Assembly: GCA_023205875.1 (NCBI GenBank) | Contig: CP060773.1 | Coordinates: 310,001-374,000, forward strand | DNA from: Chloropicon primus | Lineage: Eukaryota | DNA: 64,000 bases | Reading direction: 5' to 3' | In this document: one piece after another, positions 30,001 to 42,200 of the stretch | Layout: each line of letters starts with the position of its first letter | Position numbering within the stretch: the first letter of the stretch is position 1 | Notes under the pieces: model-generated | Databases searched by the model: none | What the model saw: the letters and a program-made list of their open reading frames with translations, nothing else | Told to the model about the DNA's origin: nothing | Program-made: the position numbers and the translations under genes

Positions 30001-30225
30001 TCAACACAGTGGCGCCAGTCGTTGTCAACGTACCAGCGATGGCAGTATTACCAGAGTCATCAGCCACGGTAAACTTGTCCGAGTCCATCGTCAAACCACC
30101 ATTCAACACAGTGGCACCAGTAACAGTAGTGTCACCAGTAACACCCAAGGTACCAGCGATGGCAGTATTACCAGTGCCATCAGCCACGGTAAACGTGTTT
30201 GTATCCATTGTTAAACCACCATTGA
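1..30225 (-). repeat. Coding tandem array of about 260 units of 120 bp (GNTAIAGTLGVTGDTTVTGATVLNGGLTMDSDKFTVADDS) interspersed with 102-bp variants lacking one 6-aa module
   Basis: 120-bp periodicity is directly visible. The 20132..30364 (3410 aa) and 14037..20138 (2033 aa) ORFs read through it without stops. The unit count is estimated from array length. Confidence 0.97.
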
Positions 30226-33200
30226 TGGATAAATCTTTTTCAATATGTAGGTTTTTGAAAACGATGCGTCTGCTTTGGCATCGAGGACAAAGTCCGTTGT
30301 AAGGAATCCGCCCTTTTCTAATTGAAAAAATTGTTTTGATTGTCGAACTCAAAAGAACTCGCATCTACATATAAAGACCCTCGATTGCTTTCTCCGCTTC
30401 CAGTGGATAAGAAAATAGAACCGGACGAACCAAAGGTAGACAAACCTGTGGCAACAACAATGTCGCCGCTAACGCCCGCCACGCCCGCATCGGGGGTCTG
30501 CACTTGGATCTCGCCGCTATCCGTGGAGGTGCTGCGACCACTGGTCAGCTGGAGAGCACCACCGGTGGACATCTCAGATGTGCCACCAGTCACAGCAATG
30601 TCGCCACCAAGGCCATACATCGTGCTGCTGCTCAAGCCAGCGGACACAAGCACGTGGCCCCAGCACCCGTGTCCCCGTCGCCCACGACGAGCTCGATCGA
30701 GCCTCCAGATCCGCCCACGGAGGAACCACTCGAGACTCCAATGTCACCAGAGGAGCCGAGGTCGATGAACCCGTGGTCAGGTTCAGGTCCCCGCTCACGC
30801 CGCTCACACCAGCGTCAACCGTGCCAACGCTGATGTGGCCGCTGTGGCCACCAGCACTCTTGCCGCTCAGCATGGAGATGCTGCCGCCGGTTCCAGCTTG
30901 GGAGGCGCCACCAGAGATGCTCACATTGCCACCGTGATCGGTGCTCGTGCTCAGGCCTTGGGCCTCACCACCAATCAGGTAAAGGCCACCGCCATCGCCG
31001 CCATCACTGATGTCCGTGCTGCTGCCGGTGCCAGCAACGACACGCATCTCGCCTCCTTGGCCGCCGGAGCTGCTGCTCAGGCCAGAGGACAAGAGCATGT
31101 GGCCGCCAACACCAGTGTCCCCGTCGCCGATGACGAGCTCGATGGAGCCACCAGAACCACCAACGGCACTGCCTGTCAAGACGTCAACAGTACCAGAGTC
31201 GCCCTGGCTGGCGGCACCAGTGGCAACAACAATGTCGCCGCTAACGCCCGCCACGCCCGCATCGGGGTCTGCACTTGGATCTCGCCGCTATCCGTGGAGG
31301 TGCTGCGACCACTGGTCAGCTGGAGAGCACCACCGGTGGACATCTCAGATGTGCCACCAGTCACAGCAATGTCGCCACCAAGGCCATACATCGTGCTGCT
31401 GCTCAAGCCAGCGGACACAAGCACGTGGCCCCCAGCACCCGTGTCCCCGTCGCCCACGACGAGCTCGATCGAGCCTCCAGATCCGCCCACGGAGGAACCA
31501 CTCGAGACTCCAATGTCACCAGAGGAGCCCGAGGTCGATGAACCCGTGGTCAGGTTCAGGTCCCCGCTCACGCCGCTCACACCAGCGTCAACCGTGCCAA
31601 CGCTGATGTGGCCGCTGTGGCCACCAGCACTCTTGCCGCTCAGCATGGAGATGCTGCCGCCGGTTCCAGCTTGGGAGGCGCCACCAGAGATGCTCACATT
31701 GCCACCGTGATCGGTGCTCGTGCTCAGGCCTTGGGCCTCACCACCAATCAGGTAAAGGCCACCGCCATCGCCGCCATCACTGATGTCCGTGCTGCTGCCG
31801 GTGCCAGCAACGACACGCATCTCGCCTCCTTGGCCGCCGGAGCTGCTGCTCAGGCCAGAGGACAAGAGCATGTGGCCGCCAACACCAGTGTCCCCGTCGC
31901 CGATGACGAGCTCGATGGAGCCACCAGAACCACCAACGGCACTGCCTGTCAAGACGTCAACAGTACCAGAGTCGCCCTGGCTGGCGGCACCAGTGGCAAC
32001 AACAATGTCGCCGCTAACGCCCGCCACGCCCGCATCGGGGTCTGCACTTGATCTCGCCGCTATCCGTGGAGGTGCTGCGACCACTGGTCAGCTGGAGAGC
32101 ACCACCGGTGGACATCTCAGATGTGCCACCAGTCACAGCAATGTCGCCACCAAGGCCATACATCGTGCTGCTGCTCAAGCCAGCGGACACAAGCACGTGG
32201 CCCCCAGCACCCGTGTCCCCGTCGCCCACGACGAGCTCGATCGAGCCTCCAGATCCGCCCACGGAGGAACCACTCGAGACTCCAATGTCACCAGAGGAGC
32301 CCGAGGTCGATGAACCCGTGGTCAGGTTCAGGTCCCCGCTCACGCCGCTCACACCAGCGTCAACCGTGCCAACGCTGATGTGGCCGCTGTGGCCACCAGC
32401 ACTCTTGCCGCTCAGCATGGAGATGCTGCCGCCGGTTCCAGCTTGGGAGGCGCCACCAGAGATGCTCACATTGCCACCGTGATCGGTGCTCGTGCTCAGG
32501 CCTTGGGCCTCACCACCAATCAGGTAAAGGCCACCGCCATCGCCGCCATCACTGATGTCCGTGCTGCTGCCGGTGCCAGCAACGACACGCATCTCGCCTC
32601 CTTGGCCGCCGGAGCTGCTGCTCAGGCCAGAGGACAAGAGCATGTGGCCGCCAACACCAGTGTCCCCGTCGCCGATGACGAGCTCGATGGAGCCACCAGA
32701 ACCACCAACGGCACTGCCTGTCAAGACGTCAACAGTACCAGAGTCGCCCTGGCTGGCGGCACCAGTGGCAACAACAATGTCGCCGCTAACGCCCGCCACG
32801 CCCGCATCGGGGGTCTGCACTTGATCTCGCCGCTATCCGTGGAGGTGCTGCGACCACTGGTCAGCTGGAGAGCACCACCGGTGGACATCTCAGATGTGCC
32901 ACCAGTCACAGCAATGTCGCCACCAAGGCCATACATCGTGCTGCTGCTCAAGCCAGCGGACACAAGCACGTGGCCCCCAGCACCCGTGTCCCCGTCGCCC
33001 ACGACGAGCTCGATCGAGCCTCCAGATCCGCCCACGGAGGAACCACTCGAGACTCCAATGTCACCAGAGGAGCCCGAGGTCGATGAACCCGTGGTCAGGT
33101 TCAGGTCCCCGCTCACGCCGCTCACACCAGCGTCAACCGTGCCAACGCTGATGTGGCCGCTGTGGCCACCAGCACTCTTGCCGCTCAGCATGGAGATGCT

Positions 33201-36200
33201 GCCGCCGGTTCCAGCTTGGGAGGCGCCACCAGAGATGCTCACATTGCCACCGTGATCGGTGCTCGTGCTCAGGCCTTGGGCCTCACCACCAATCAGGTAA
33301 AGGCCACCGCCATCGCCGCCATCACTGATGTCCGTGCTGCTGCCGGTGCCAGCAACGACACGCATCTCGCCTCCTTGGCCGCCGGAGCTGCTGCTCAGGC
33401 CAGAGGACAAGAGCATGTGGCCGCCAACACCAGTGTCCCCGTCGCCGATGACGAGCTCGATGGAGCCACCAGAACCACCAACGGCACTGCCTGTCAAGAC
33501 GTCAACAGTACCAGAGTCGCCCTGGCTGGCGGCACCAGTGGCAACAACAATGTCGCCGCTAACGCCCGCCACGCCCGCATCGGGGGTCTGCACTTGGATC
33601 TCGCCGCTATCCGTGGAGGTGCTGCGACCACTGGTCAGCTGGAGAGCACCACCGGTGGACATCTCAGATGTGCCACCAGTCACAGCAATGTCGCCACCAA
33701 GGCCATACATCGTGCTGCTGCTCAAGCCAGCGGACACAAGCACGTGGCCCCCAGCACCCGTGTCCCCGTCGCCCACGACGAGCTCGATCGAGCCTCCAGA
33801 TCCGCCCACGGAGGAACCACTCGAGACTCCAATGTCACCAGAGGAGCCCGAGGTCGATGAACCCGTGGTCAGGTTCAGGTCCCCGCTCACGCCGCTCACA
33901 CCAGCGTCAACCGTGCCAACGCTGATGTGGCCGCTGTGGCCACCAGCACTCTTGCCGCTCAGCATGGAGATGCTGCCGCCGGTTCCAGCTTGGGAGGCGC
34001 CACCAGAGATGCTCACATTGCCACCGTGATCGGTGCTCGTGCTCAGGCCTTGGGCCTCACCACCAATCAGGTAAAGGCCACCGCCATCGCCGCCATCACT
34101 GATGTCCGTGCTGCTGCCGGTGCCAGCAACGACACGCATCTCGCCTCCTTGGCCGCCGGAGCTGCTGCTCAGGCCAGAGGACAAGAGCATGTGGCCGCCA
34201 ACACCAGTGTCCCCGTCGCCGATGACGAGCTCGATGGAGCCACCAGAACCACCAACGGCACTGCCTGTCAAGACGTCAACAGTACCAGAGTCGCCCTGGC
34301 TGGCGGCACCAGTGGCAACAACAATGTCGCCGCTAACGCCCGCCACGCCCGCATCGGGGGTCTGCACTTGGATCTCGCCGCTATCCGTGGAGGTGCTGCG
34401 ACCACTGGTCAGCTGGAGAGCACCACCGGTGGACATCTCAGATGTGCCACCAGTCACAGCAATGTCGCCACCAAGGCCATACATCGTGCTGCTGCTCAAG
34501 CCAGCGGACACAAGCACGTGGCCCCCAGCACCCGTGTCCCCGTCGCCCACGACGAGCTCGATCGAGCCTCCAGATCCGCCCACGGAGGAACCACTCGAGA
34601 CTCCAATGTCACCAGAGGAGCCCGAGGTCGATGAACCCGTGGTCAGGTTCAGGTCCCCGCTCACGCCGCTCACACCAGCGTCAACCGTGCCAACGCTGAT
34701 GTGGCCGCTGTGGCCACCAGCACTCTTGCCGCTCAGCATGGAGATGCTGCCGCCGGTTCCAGCTTGGGAGGCGCCACCAGAGATGCTCACATTGCCACCG
34801 TGATCGGTGCTCGTGCTCAGGCCTTGGGCCTCACCACCAATCAGGTAAAGGCCACCGCCATCGCCGCCATCACTGATGTCCGTGCTGCTGCCGGTGCCAG
34901 CAACGACACGCATCTCGCCTCCTTGGCCGCCGGAGCTGCTGCTCAGGCCAGAGGACAAGAGCATGTGGCCGCCAACACCAGTGTCCCCGTCGCCGATGAC
35001 GAGCTCGATGGAGCCACCAGAACCACCAACGGCACTGCCTGTCAAGACGTCAACAGTACCAGAGTCGCCCTGGCTGGCGGCACCAGTGGCAACAACAATG
35101 TCGCCGCTAACGCCCGCCACGCCCGCATCGGGGTCTGCACTTGGATCTCGCCGCTATCCGTGGAGGTGCTGCGACCACTGGTCAGCTGGAGAGCACCACC
35201 GGTGGACATCTCAGATGTGCCACCAGTCACAGCAATGTCGCCACCAAGGCCATACATCGTGCTGCTGCTCAAGCCAGCGGACACAAGCACGTGGCCCCCA
35301 GCACCCGTGTCCCCGTCGCCCACGACGAGCTCGATCGAGCCTCCAGATCCGCCCACGGAGGAACCACTCGAGACTCCAATGTCACCAGAGGAGCCCGAGG
35401 TCGATGAACCCGTGGTCAGGTTCAGGTCCCCGCTCACGCCGCTCACACCAGCGTCAACCGTGCCAACGCTGATGTGGCCGCTGTGGCCACCAGCACTCTT
35501 GCCGCTCAGCATGGAGATGCTGCCGCCGGTTCCAGCTTGGGAGGCGCCACCAGAGATGCTCACATTGCCACCGTGATCGGTGCTCGTGCTCAGGCCTTGG
35601 GCCTCACCACCAATCAGGTAAAGGCCACCGCCATCGCCGCCATCACTGATGTCCGTGCTGCTGCCGGTGCCAGCAACGACACGCATCTCGCCTCCTTGGC
35701 CGCCGGAGCTGCTGCTCAGGCCAGAGGACAAGAGCATGTGGCCGCCAACACCAGTGTCCCCGTCGCCGATGACGAGCTCGATGGAGCCACCAGAACCACC
35801 AACGGCACTGCCTGTCAAGACGTCAACAGTACCAGAGTCGCCCTGGCTGGCGGCACCAGTGGCAACAACAATGTCGCCGCTAACGCCCGCCACGCCCGCA
35901 TCGGGGGTCTGCACTTGGATCTCGCCGCTATCCGTGGAGGTGCTGCGACCACTGGTCAGCTGGAGAGCACCACCGGTGGACATCTCAGATGTGCCACCAG
36001 TCACAGCAATGTCGCCACCAAGGCCATACATCGTGCTGCTGCTCAAGCCAGCGGACACAAGCACGTGGCCCCCAGCACCCGTGTCCCCGTCGCCCACGAC
36101 GAGCTCGATCGAGCCTCCAGATCCGCCCACGGAGGAACCACTCGAGACTCCAATGTCACCAGAGGAGCCCGAGGTCGATGAACCCGTGGTCAGGTTCAGG

Positions 36201-39200
36201 TCCCCGCTCACGCCGCTCACACCAGCGTCAACCGTGCCAACGCTGATGTGGCCGCTGTGGCCACCAGCACTCTTGCCGCTCAGCATGGAGATGCTGCCGC
36301 CGGTTCCAGCTTGGGAGGCGCCACCAGAGATGCTCACATTGCCACCGTGATCGGTGCTCGTGCTCAGGCCTTGGGCCTCACCACCAATCAGGTAAAGGCC
36401 ACCGCCATCGCCGCCATCACTGATGTCCGTGCTGCTGCCGGTGCCAGCAACGACACGCATCTCGCCTCCTTGGCCGCCGGAGCTGCTGCTCAGGCCAGAG
36501 GACAAGAGCATGTGGCCGCCAACACCAGTGTCCCCGTCGCCGATGACGAGCTCGATGGAGCCACCAGAACCACCAACGGCACTGCCTGTCAAGACGTCAA
36601 CAGTACCAGAGTCGCCCTGGCTGGCGGCACCAGTGGCAACAACAATGTCGCCGCTAACGCCCGCCACGCCCGCATCGGGGTCTGCACTTGGATCTCGCCG
36701 CTATCCGTGGAGGTGCTGCGACCACTGGTCAGCTGGAGAGCACCACCGGTGGACATCTCAGATGTGCCACCAGTCACAGCAATGTCGCCACCAAGGCCAT
36801 ACATCGTGCTGCTGCTCAAGCCAGCGGACACAAGCACGTGGCCCCCAGCACCCGTGTCCCCGTCGCCCACGACGAGCTCGATCGAGCCTCCAGATCCGCC
36901 CACGGAGGAACCACTCGAGACTCCAATGTCACCAGAGGAGCCCGAGGTCGATGAACCCGTGGTCAGGTTCAGGTCCCCGCTCACGCCGCTCACACCAGCG
37001 TCAACCGTGCCAACGCTGATGTGGCCGCTGTGGCCACCAGCACTCTTGCCGCTCAGCATGGAGATGCTGCCGCCGGTTCCAGCTTGGGAGGCGCCACCAG
37101 AGATGCTCACATTGCCACCGTGATCGGTGCTCGTGCTCAGGCCTTGGGCCTCACCACCAATCAGGTAAAGGCCACCGCCATCGCCGCCATCACTGATGTC
37201 CGTGCTGCTGCCGGTGCCAGCAACGACACGCATCTCGCCTCCTTGGCCGCCGGAGCTGCTGCTCAGGCCAGAGGACAAGAGCATGTGGCCGCCAACACCA
37301 GTGTCCCCGTCGCCGATGACGAGCTCGATGGAGCCACCAGAACCACCAACGGCACTGCCTGTCAAGACGTCAACAGTACCAGAGTCGCCCTGGCTGGCGG
37401 CACCAGTGGCAACAACAATGTCGCCGCTAACGCCCGCCACGCCCGCATCGGGGGTCTGCACTTGGATCTCGCCGCTATCCGTGGAGGTGCTGCGACCACT
37501 GGTCAGCTGGAGAGCACCACCGGTGGACATCTCAGATGTGCCACCAGTCACAGCAATGTCGCCACCAAGGCCATACATCGTGCTGCTGCTCAAGCCAGCG
37601 GACACAAGCACGTGGCCCCCAGCACCCGTGTCCCCGTCGCCCACGACGAGCTCGATCGAGCCTCCAGATCCGCCCACGGAGGAACCACTCGAGACTCCAA
37701 TGTCACCAGAGGAGCCCGAGGTCGATGAACCCGTGGTCAGGTTCAGGTCCCCGCTCACGCCGCTCACACCAGCGTCAACCGTGCCAACGCTGATGTGGCC
37801 GCTGTGGCCACCAGCACTCTTGCCGCTCAGCATGGAGATGCTGCCGCCGGTTCCAGCTTGGGAGGCGCCACCAGAGATGCTCACATTGCCACCGTGATCG
37901 GTGCTCGTGCTCAGGCCTTGGGCCTCACCACCAATCAGGTAAAGGCCACCGCCATCGCCGCCATCACTGATGTCCGTGCTGCTGCCGGTGCCAGCAACGA
38001 CACGCATCTCGCCTCCTTGGCCGCCGGAGCTGCTGCTCAGGCCAGAGGACAAGAGCATGTGGCCGCCAACACCAGTGTCCCCGTCGCCGATGACGAGCTC
38101 GATGGAGCCACCAGAACCACCAACGGCACTGCCTGTCAAGACGTCAACAGTACCAGAGTCGCCCTGGCTGGCGGCACCAGTGGCAACAACAATGTCGCCG
38201 CTAACGCCCGCCACGCCCGCATCGGGGGTCTGCACTTGGATCTCGCCGCTATCCGTGGAGGTGCTGCGACCACTGGTCAGCTGGAGAGCACCACCGGTGG
38301 ACATCTCAGATGTGCCACCAGTCACAGCAATGTCGCCACCAAGGCCATACATCGTGCTGCTGCTCAAGCCAGCGGACACAAGCACGTGGCCCCCAGCACC
38401 CGTGTCCCCGTCGCCCACGACGAGCTCGATCGAGCCTCCAGATCCGCCCACGGAGGAACCACTCGAGACTCCAATGTCACCAGAGGAGCCCGAGGTCGAT
38501 GAACCCGTGGTCAGGTTCAGGTCCCCGCTCACGCCGCTCACACCAGCGTCAACCGTGCCAACGCTGATGTGGCCGCTGTGGCCACCAGCACTCTTGCCGC
38601 TCAGCATGGAGATGCTGCCGCCGGTTCCAGCTTGGGAGGCGCCACCAGAGATGCTCACATTGCCACCGTGATCGGTGCTCGTGCTCAGGCCTTGGGCCTC
38701 ACCACCAATCAGGTAAAGGCCACCGCCATCGCCGCCATCACTGATGTCCGTGCTGCTGCCGGTGCCAGCAACGACACGCATCTCGCCTCCTTGGCCGCCG
38801 GAGCTGCTGCTCAGGCCAGAGGACAAGAGCATGTGGCCGCCAACACCAGTGTCCCCGTCGCCGATGACGAGCTCGATGGAGCCACCAGAACCACCAACGG
38901 CACTGCCTGTCAAGACGTCAACAGTACCAGAGTCGCCCTGGCTGGCGGCACCAGTGGCAACAACAATGTCGCCGCTAACGCCCGCCACGCCCGCATCGGG
39001 GTCTGCACTTGGATCTCGCCGCTATCCGTGGAGGTGCTGCGACCACTGGTCAGCTGGAGAGCACCACCGGTGGACATCTCAGATGTGCCACCAGTCACAG
39101 CAATGTCGCCACCAAGGCCATACATCGTGCTGCTGCTCAAGCCAGCGGACACAAGCACGTGGCCCCCAGCACCCGTGTCCCCGTCGCCCACGACGAGCTC

Positions 39201-42200
39201 GATCGAGCCTCCAGATCCGCCCACGGAGGAACCACTCGAGACTCCAATGTCACCAGAGGAGCCCGAGGTCGATGAACCCGTGGTCAGGTTCAGGTCCCCG
39301 CTCACGCCGCTCACACCAGCGTCAACCGTGCCAACGCTGATGTGGCCGCTGTGGCCACCAGCACTCTTGCCGCTCAGCATGGAGATGCTGCCGCCGGTTC
39401 CAGCTTGGGAGGCGCCACCAGAGATGCTCACATTGCCACCGTGATCGGTGCTCGTGCTCAGGCCTTGGGCCTCACCACCAATCAGGTAAAGGCCACCGCC
39501 ATCGCCGCCATCACTGATGTCCGTGCTGCTGCCGGTGCCAGCAACGACACGCATCTCGCCTCCTTGGCCGCCGGAGCTGCTGCTCAGGCCAGAGGACAAG
39601 AGCATGTGGCCGCCAACACCAGTGTCCCCGTCGCCGATGACGAGCTCGATGGAGCCACCAGAACCACCAACGGCACTGCCTGTCAAGACGTCAACAGTAC
39701 CAGAGTCGCCCTGGCTGGCGGCACCAGTGGCAACAACAATGTCGCCGCTAACGCCCGCCACGCCCGCATCGGGGTCTGCACTTGGATCTCGCCGCTATCC
39801 GTGGAGGTGCTGCGACCACTGGTCAGCTGGAGAGCACCACCGGTGGACATCTCAGATGTGCCACCAGTCACAGCAATGTCGCCACCAAGGCCATACATCG
39901 TGCTGCTGCTCAAGCCAGCGGACACAAGCACGTGGCCCCCAGCACCCGTGTCCCCGTCGCCCACGACGAGCTCGATCGAGCCTCCAGATCCGCCCACGGA
40001 GGAACCACTCGAGACTCCAATGTCACCAGAGGAGCCCGAGGTCGATGAACCCGTGGTCAGGTTCAGGTCCCCGCTCACGCCGCTCACACCAGCGTCAACC
40101 GTGCCAACGCTGATGTGGCCGCTGTGGCCACCAGCACTCTTGCCGCTCAGCATGGAGATGCTGCCGCCGGTTCCAGCTTGGGAGGCGCCACCAGAGATGC
40201 TCACATTGCCACCGTGATCGGTGCTCGTGCTCAGGCCTTGGGCCTCACCACCAATCAGGTAAAGGCCACCGCCATCGCCGCCATCACTGATGTCCGTGCT
40301 GCTGCCGGTGCCAGCAACGACACGCATCTCGCCTCCTTGGCCGCCGGAGCTGCTGCTCAGGCCAGAGGACAAGAGCATGTGGCCGCCAACACCAGTGTCC
40401 CCGTCGCCGATGACGAGCTCGATGGAGCCACCAGAACCACCAACGGCACTGCCTGTCAAGACGTCAACAGTACCAGAGTCGCCCTGGCTGGCGGCACCAG
40501 TGGCAACAACAATGTCGCCGCTAACGCCCGCCACGCCCGCATCGGGGGTCTGCACTTGGATCTCGCCGCTATCCGTGGAGGTGCTGCGACCACTGGTCAG
40601 CTGGAGAGCACCACCGGTGGACATCTCAGATGTGCCACCAGTCACAGCAATGTCGCCACCAAGGCCATACATCGTGCTGCTGCTCAAGCCAGCGGACACA
40701 AGCACGTGGCCCCCAGCACCCGTGTCCCCGTCGCCCACGACGAGCTCGATCGAGCCTCCAGATCCGCCCACGGAGGAACCACTCGAGACTCCAATGTCAC
40801 CAGAGGAGCCCGAGGTCGATGAACCCGTGGTCAGGTTCAGGTCCCCGCTCACGCCGCTCACACCAGCGTCAACCGTGCCAACGCTGATGTGGCCGCTGTG
40901 GCCACCAGCACTCTTGCCGCTCAGCATGGAGATGCTGCCGCCGGTTCCAGCTTGGGAGGCGCCACCAGAGATGCTCACATTGCCACCGTGATCGGTGCTC
41001 GTGCTCAGGCCTTGGGCCTCACCACCAATCAGGTAAAGGCCACCGCCATCGCCGCCATCACTGATGTCCGTGCTGCTGCCGGTGCCAGCAACGACACGCA
41101 TCTCGCCTCCTTGGCCGCCGGAGCTGCTGCTCAGGCCAGAGGACAAGAGCATGTGGCCGCCAACACCAGTGTCCCCGTCGCCGATGACGAGCTCGATGGA
41201 GCCACCAGAACCACCAACGGCACTGCCTGTCAAGACGTCAACAGTACCAGAGTCGCCCTGGCTGGCGGCACCAGTGGCAACAACAATGTCGCCGCTAACG
41301 CCCGCCACGCCCGCATCGGGGTCTGCACTTGGATCTCGCCGCTATCCGTGGAGGTGCTGCGACCACTGGTCAGCTGGAGAGCACCACCGGTGGACATCTC
41401 AGATGTGCCACCAGTCACAGCAATGTCGCCACCAAGGCCATACATCGTGCTGCTGCTCAAGCCAGCGGACACAAGCACGTGGCCCCCAGCACCCGTGTCC
41501 CCGTCGCCCACGACGAGCTCGATCGAGCCTCCAGATCCGCCCACGGAGGAACCACTCGAGACTCCAATGTCACCAGAGGAGCCCGAGGTCGATGAACCCG
41601 TGGTCAGGTTCAGGTCCCCGCTCACGCCGCTCACACCAGCGTCAACCGTGCCAACGCTGATGTGGCCGCTGTGGCCACCAGCACTCTTGCCGCTCAGCAT
41701 GGAGATGCTGCCGCCGGTTCCAGCTTGGGAGGCGCCACCAGAGATGCTCACATTGCCACCGTGATCGGTGCTCGTGCTCAGGCCTTGGGCCTCACCACCA
41801 ATCAGGTAAAGGCCACCGCCATCGCCGCCATCACTGATGTCCGTGCTGCTGCCGGTGCCAGCAACGACACGCATCTCGCCTCCTTGGCCGCCGGAGCTGC
41901 TGCTCAGGCCAGAGGACAAGAGCATGTGGCCGCCAACACCAGTGTCCCCGTCGCCCACGACGAGCTCGATCGAGCCTCCAGATCCGCCCACGGAGGAACC
42001 ACTCGAGACTCCAATGTCACCAGAGGAGCCCGAGGTCGATGAACCCGTGGTCAGGTTCAGGTCCCCGCTCACGCCGCTCACACCAGCGTCAACCGTGCCA
42101 ACGCTGATGTGGCCGCTGTGGCCACCAGCACTCTTGCCGCTCAGCATGGAGATGCTGCCGCCGGTTCCAGCTTGGGAGGCGCCACCAGAGATGCTCACAT

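Noticed and set aside
1..30225. CRISPR array or non-coding centromeric/telomeric satellite
   Set aside because: There are no unique spacers or cas genes. Clean unit lengths are multiples of 3, and the array is in frame with unique coding sequence at 30225.
1..30302. Very long plus-strand ORFs (AVLPESSATVNLSESIVKPPFNTVAP... and SHGKLVRVHRQTT...)
   Set aside because: These are antisense shadows: a stop-free unit stays open when repeated. Only the minus frame connects to a start, an intron, a TM anchor and unique coding sequence.
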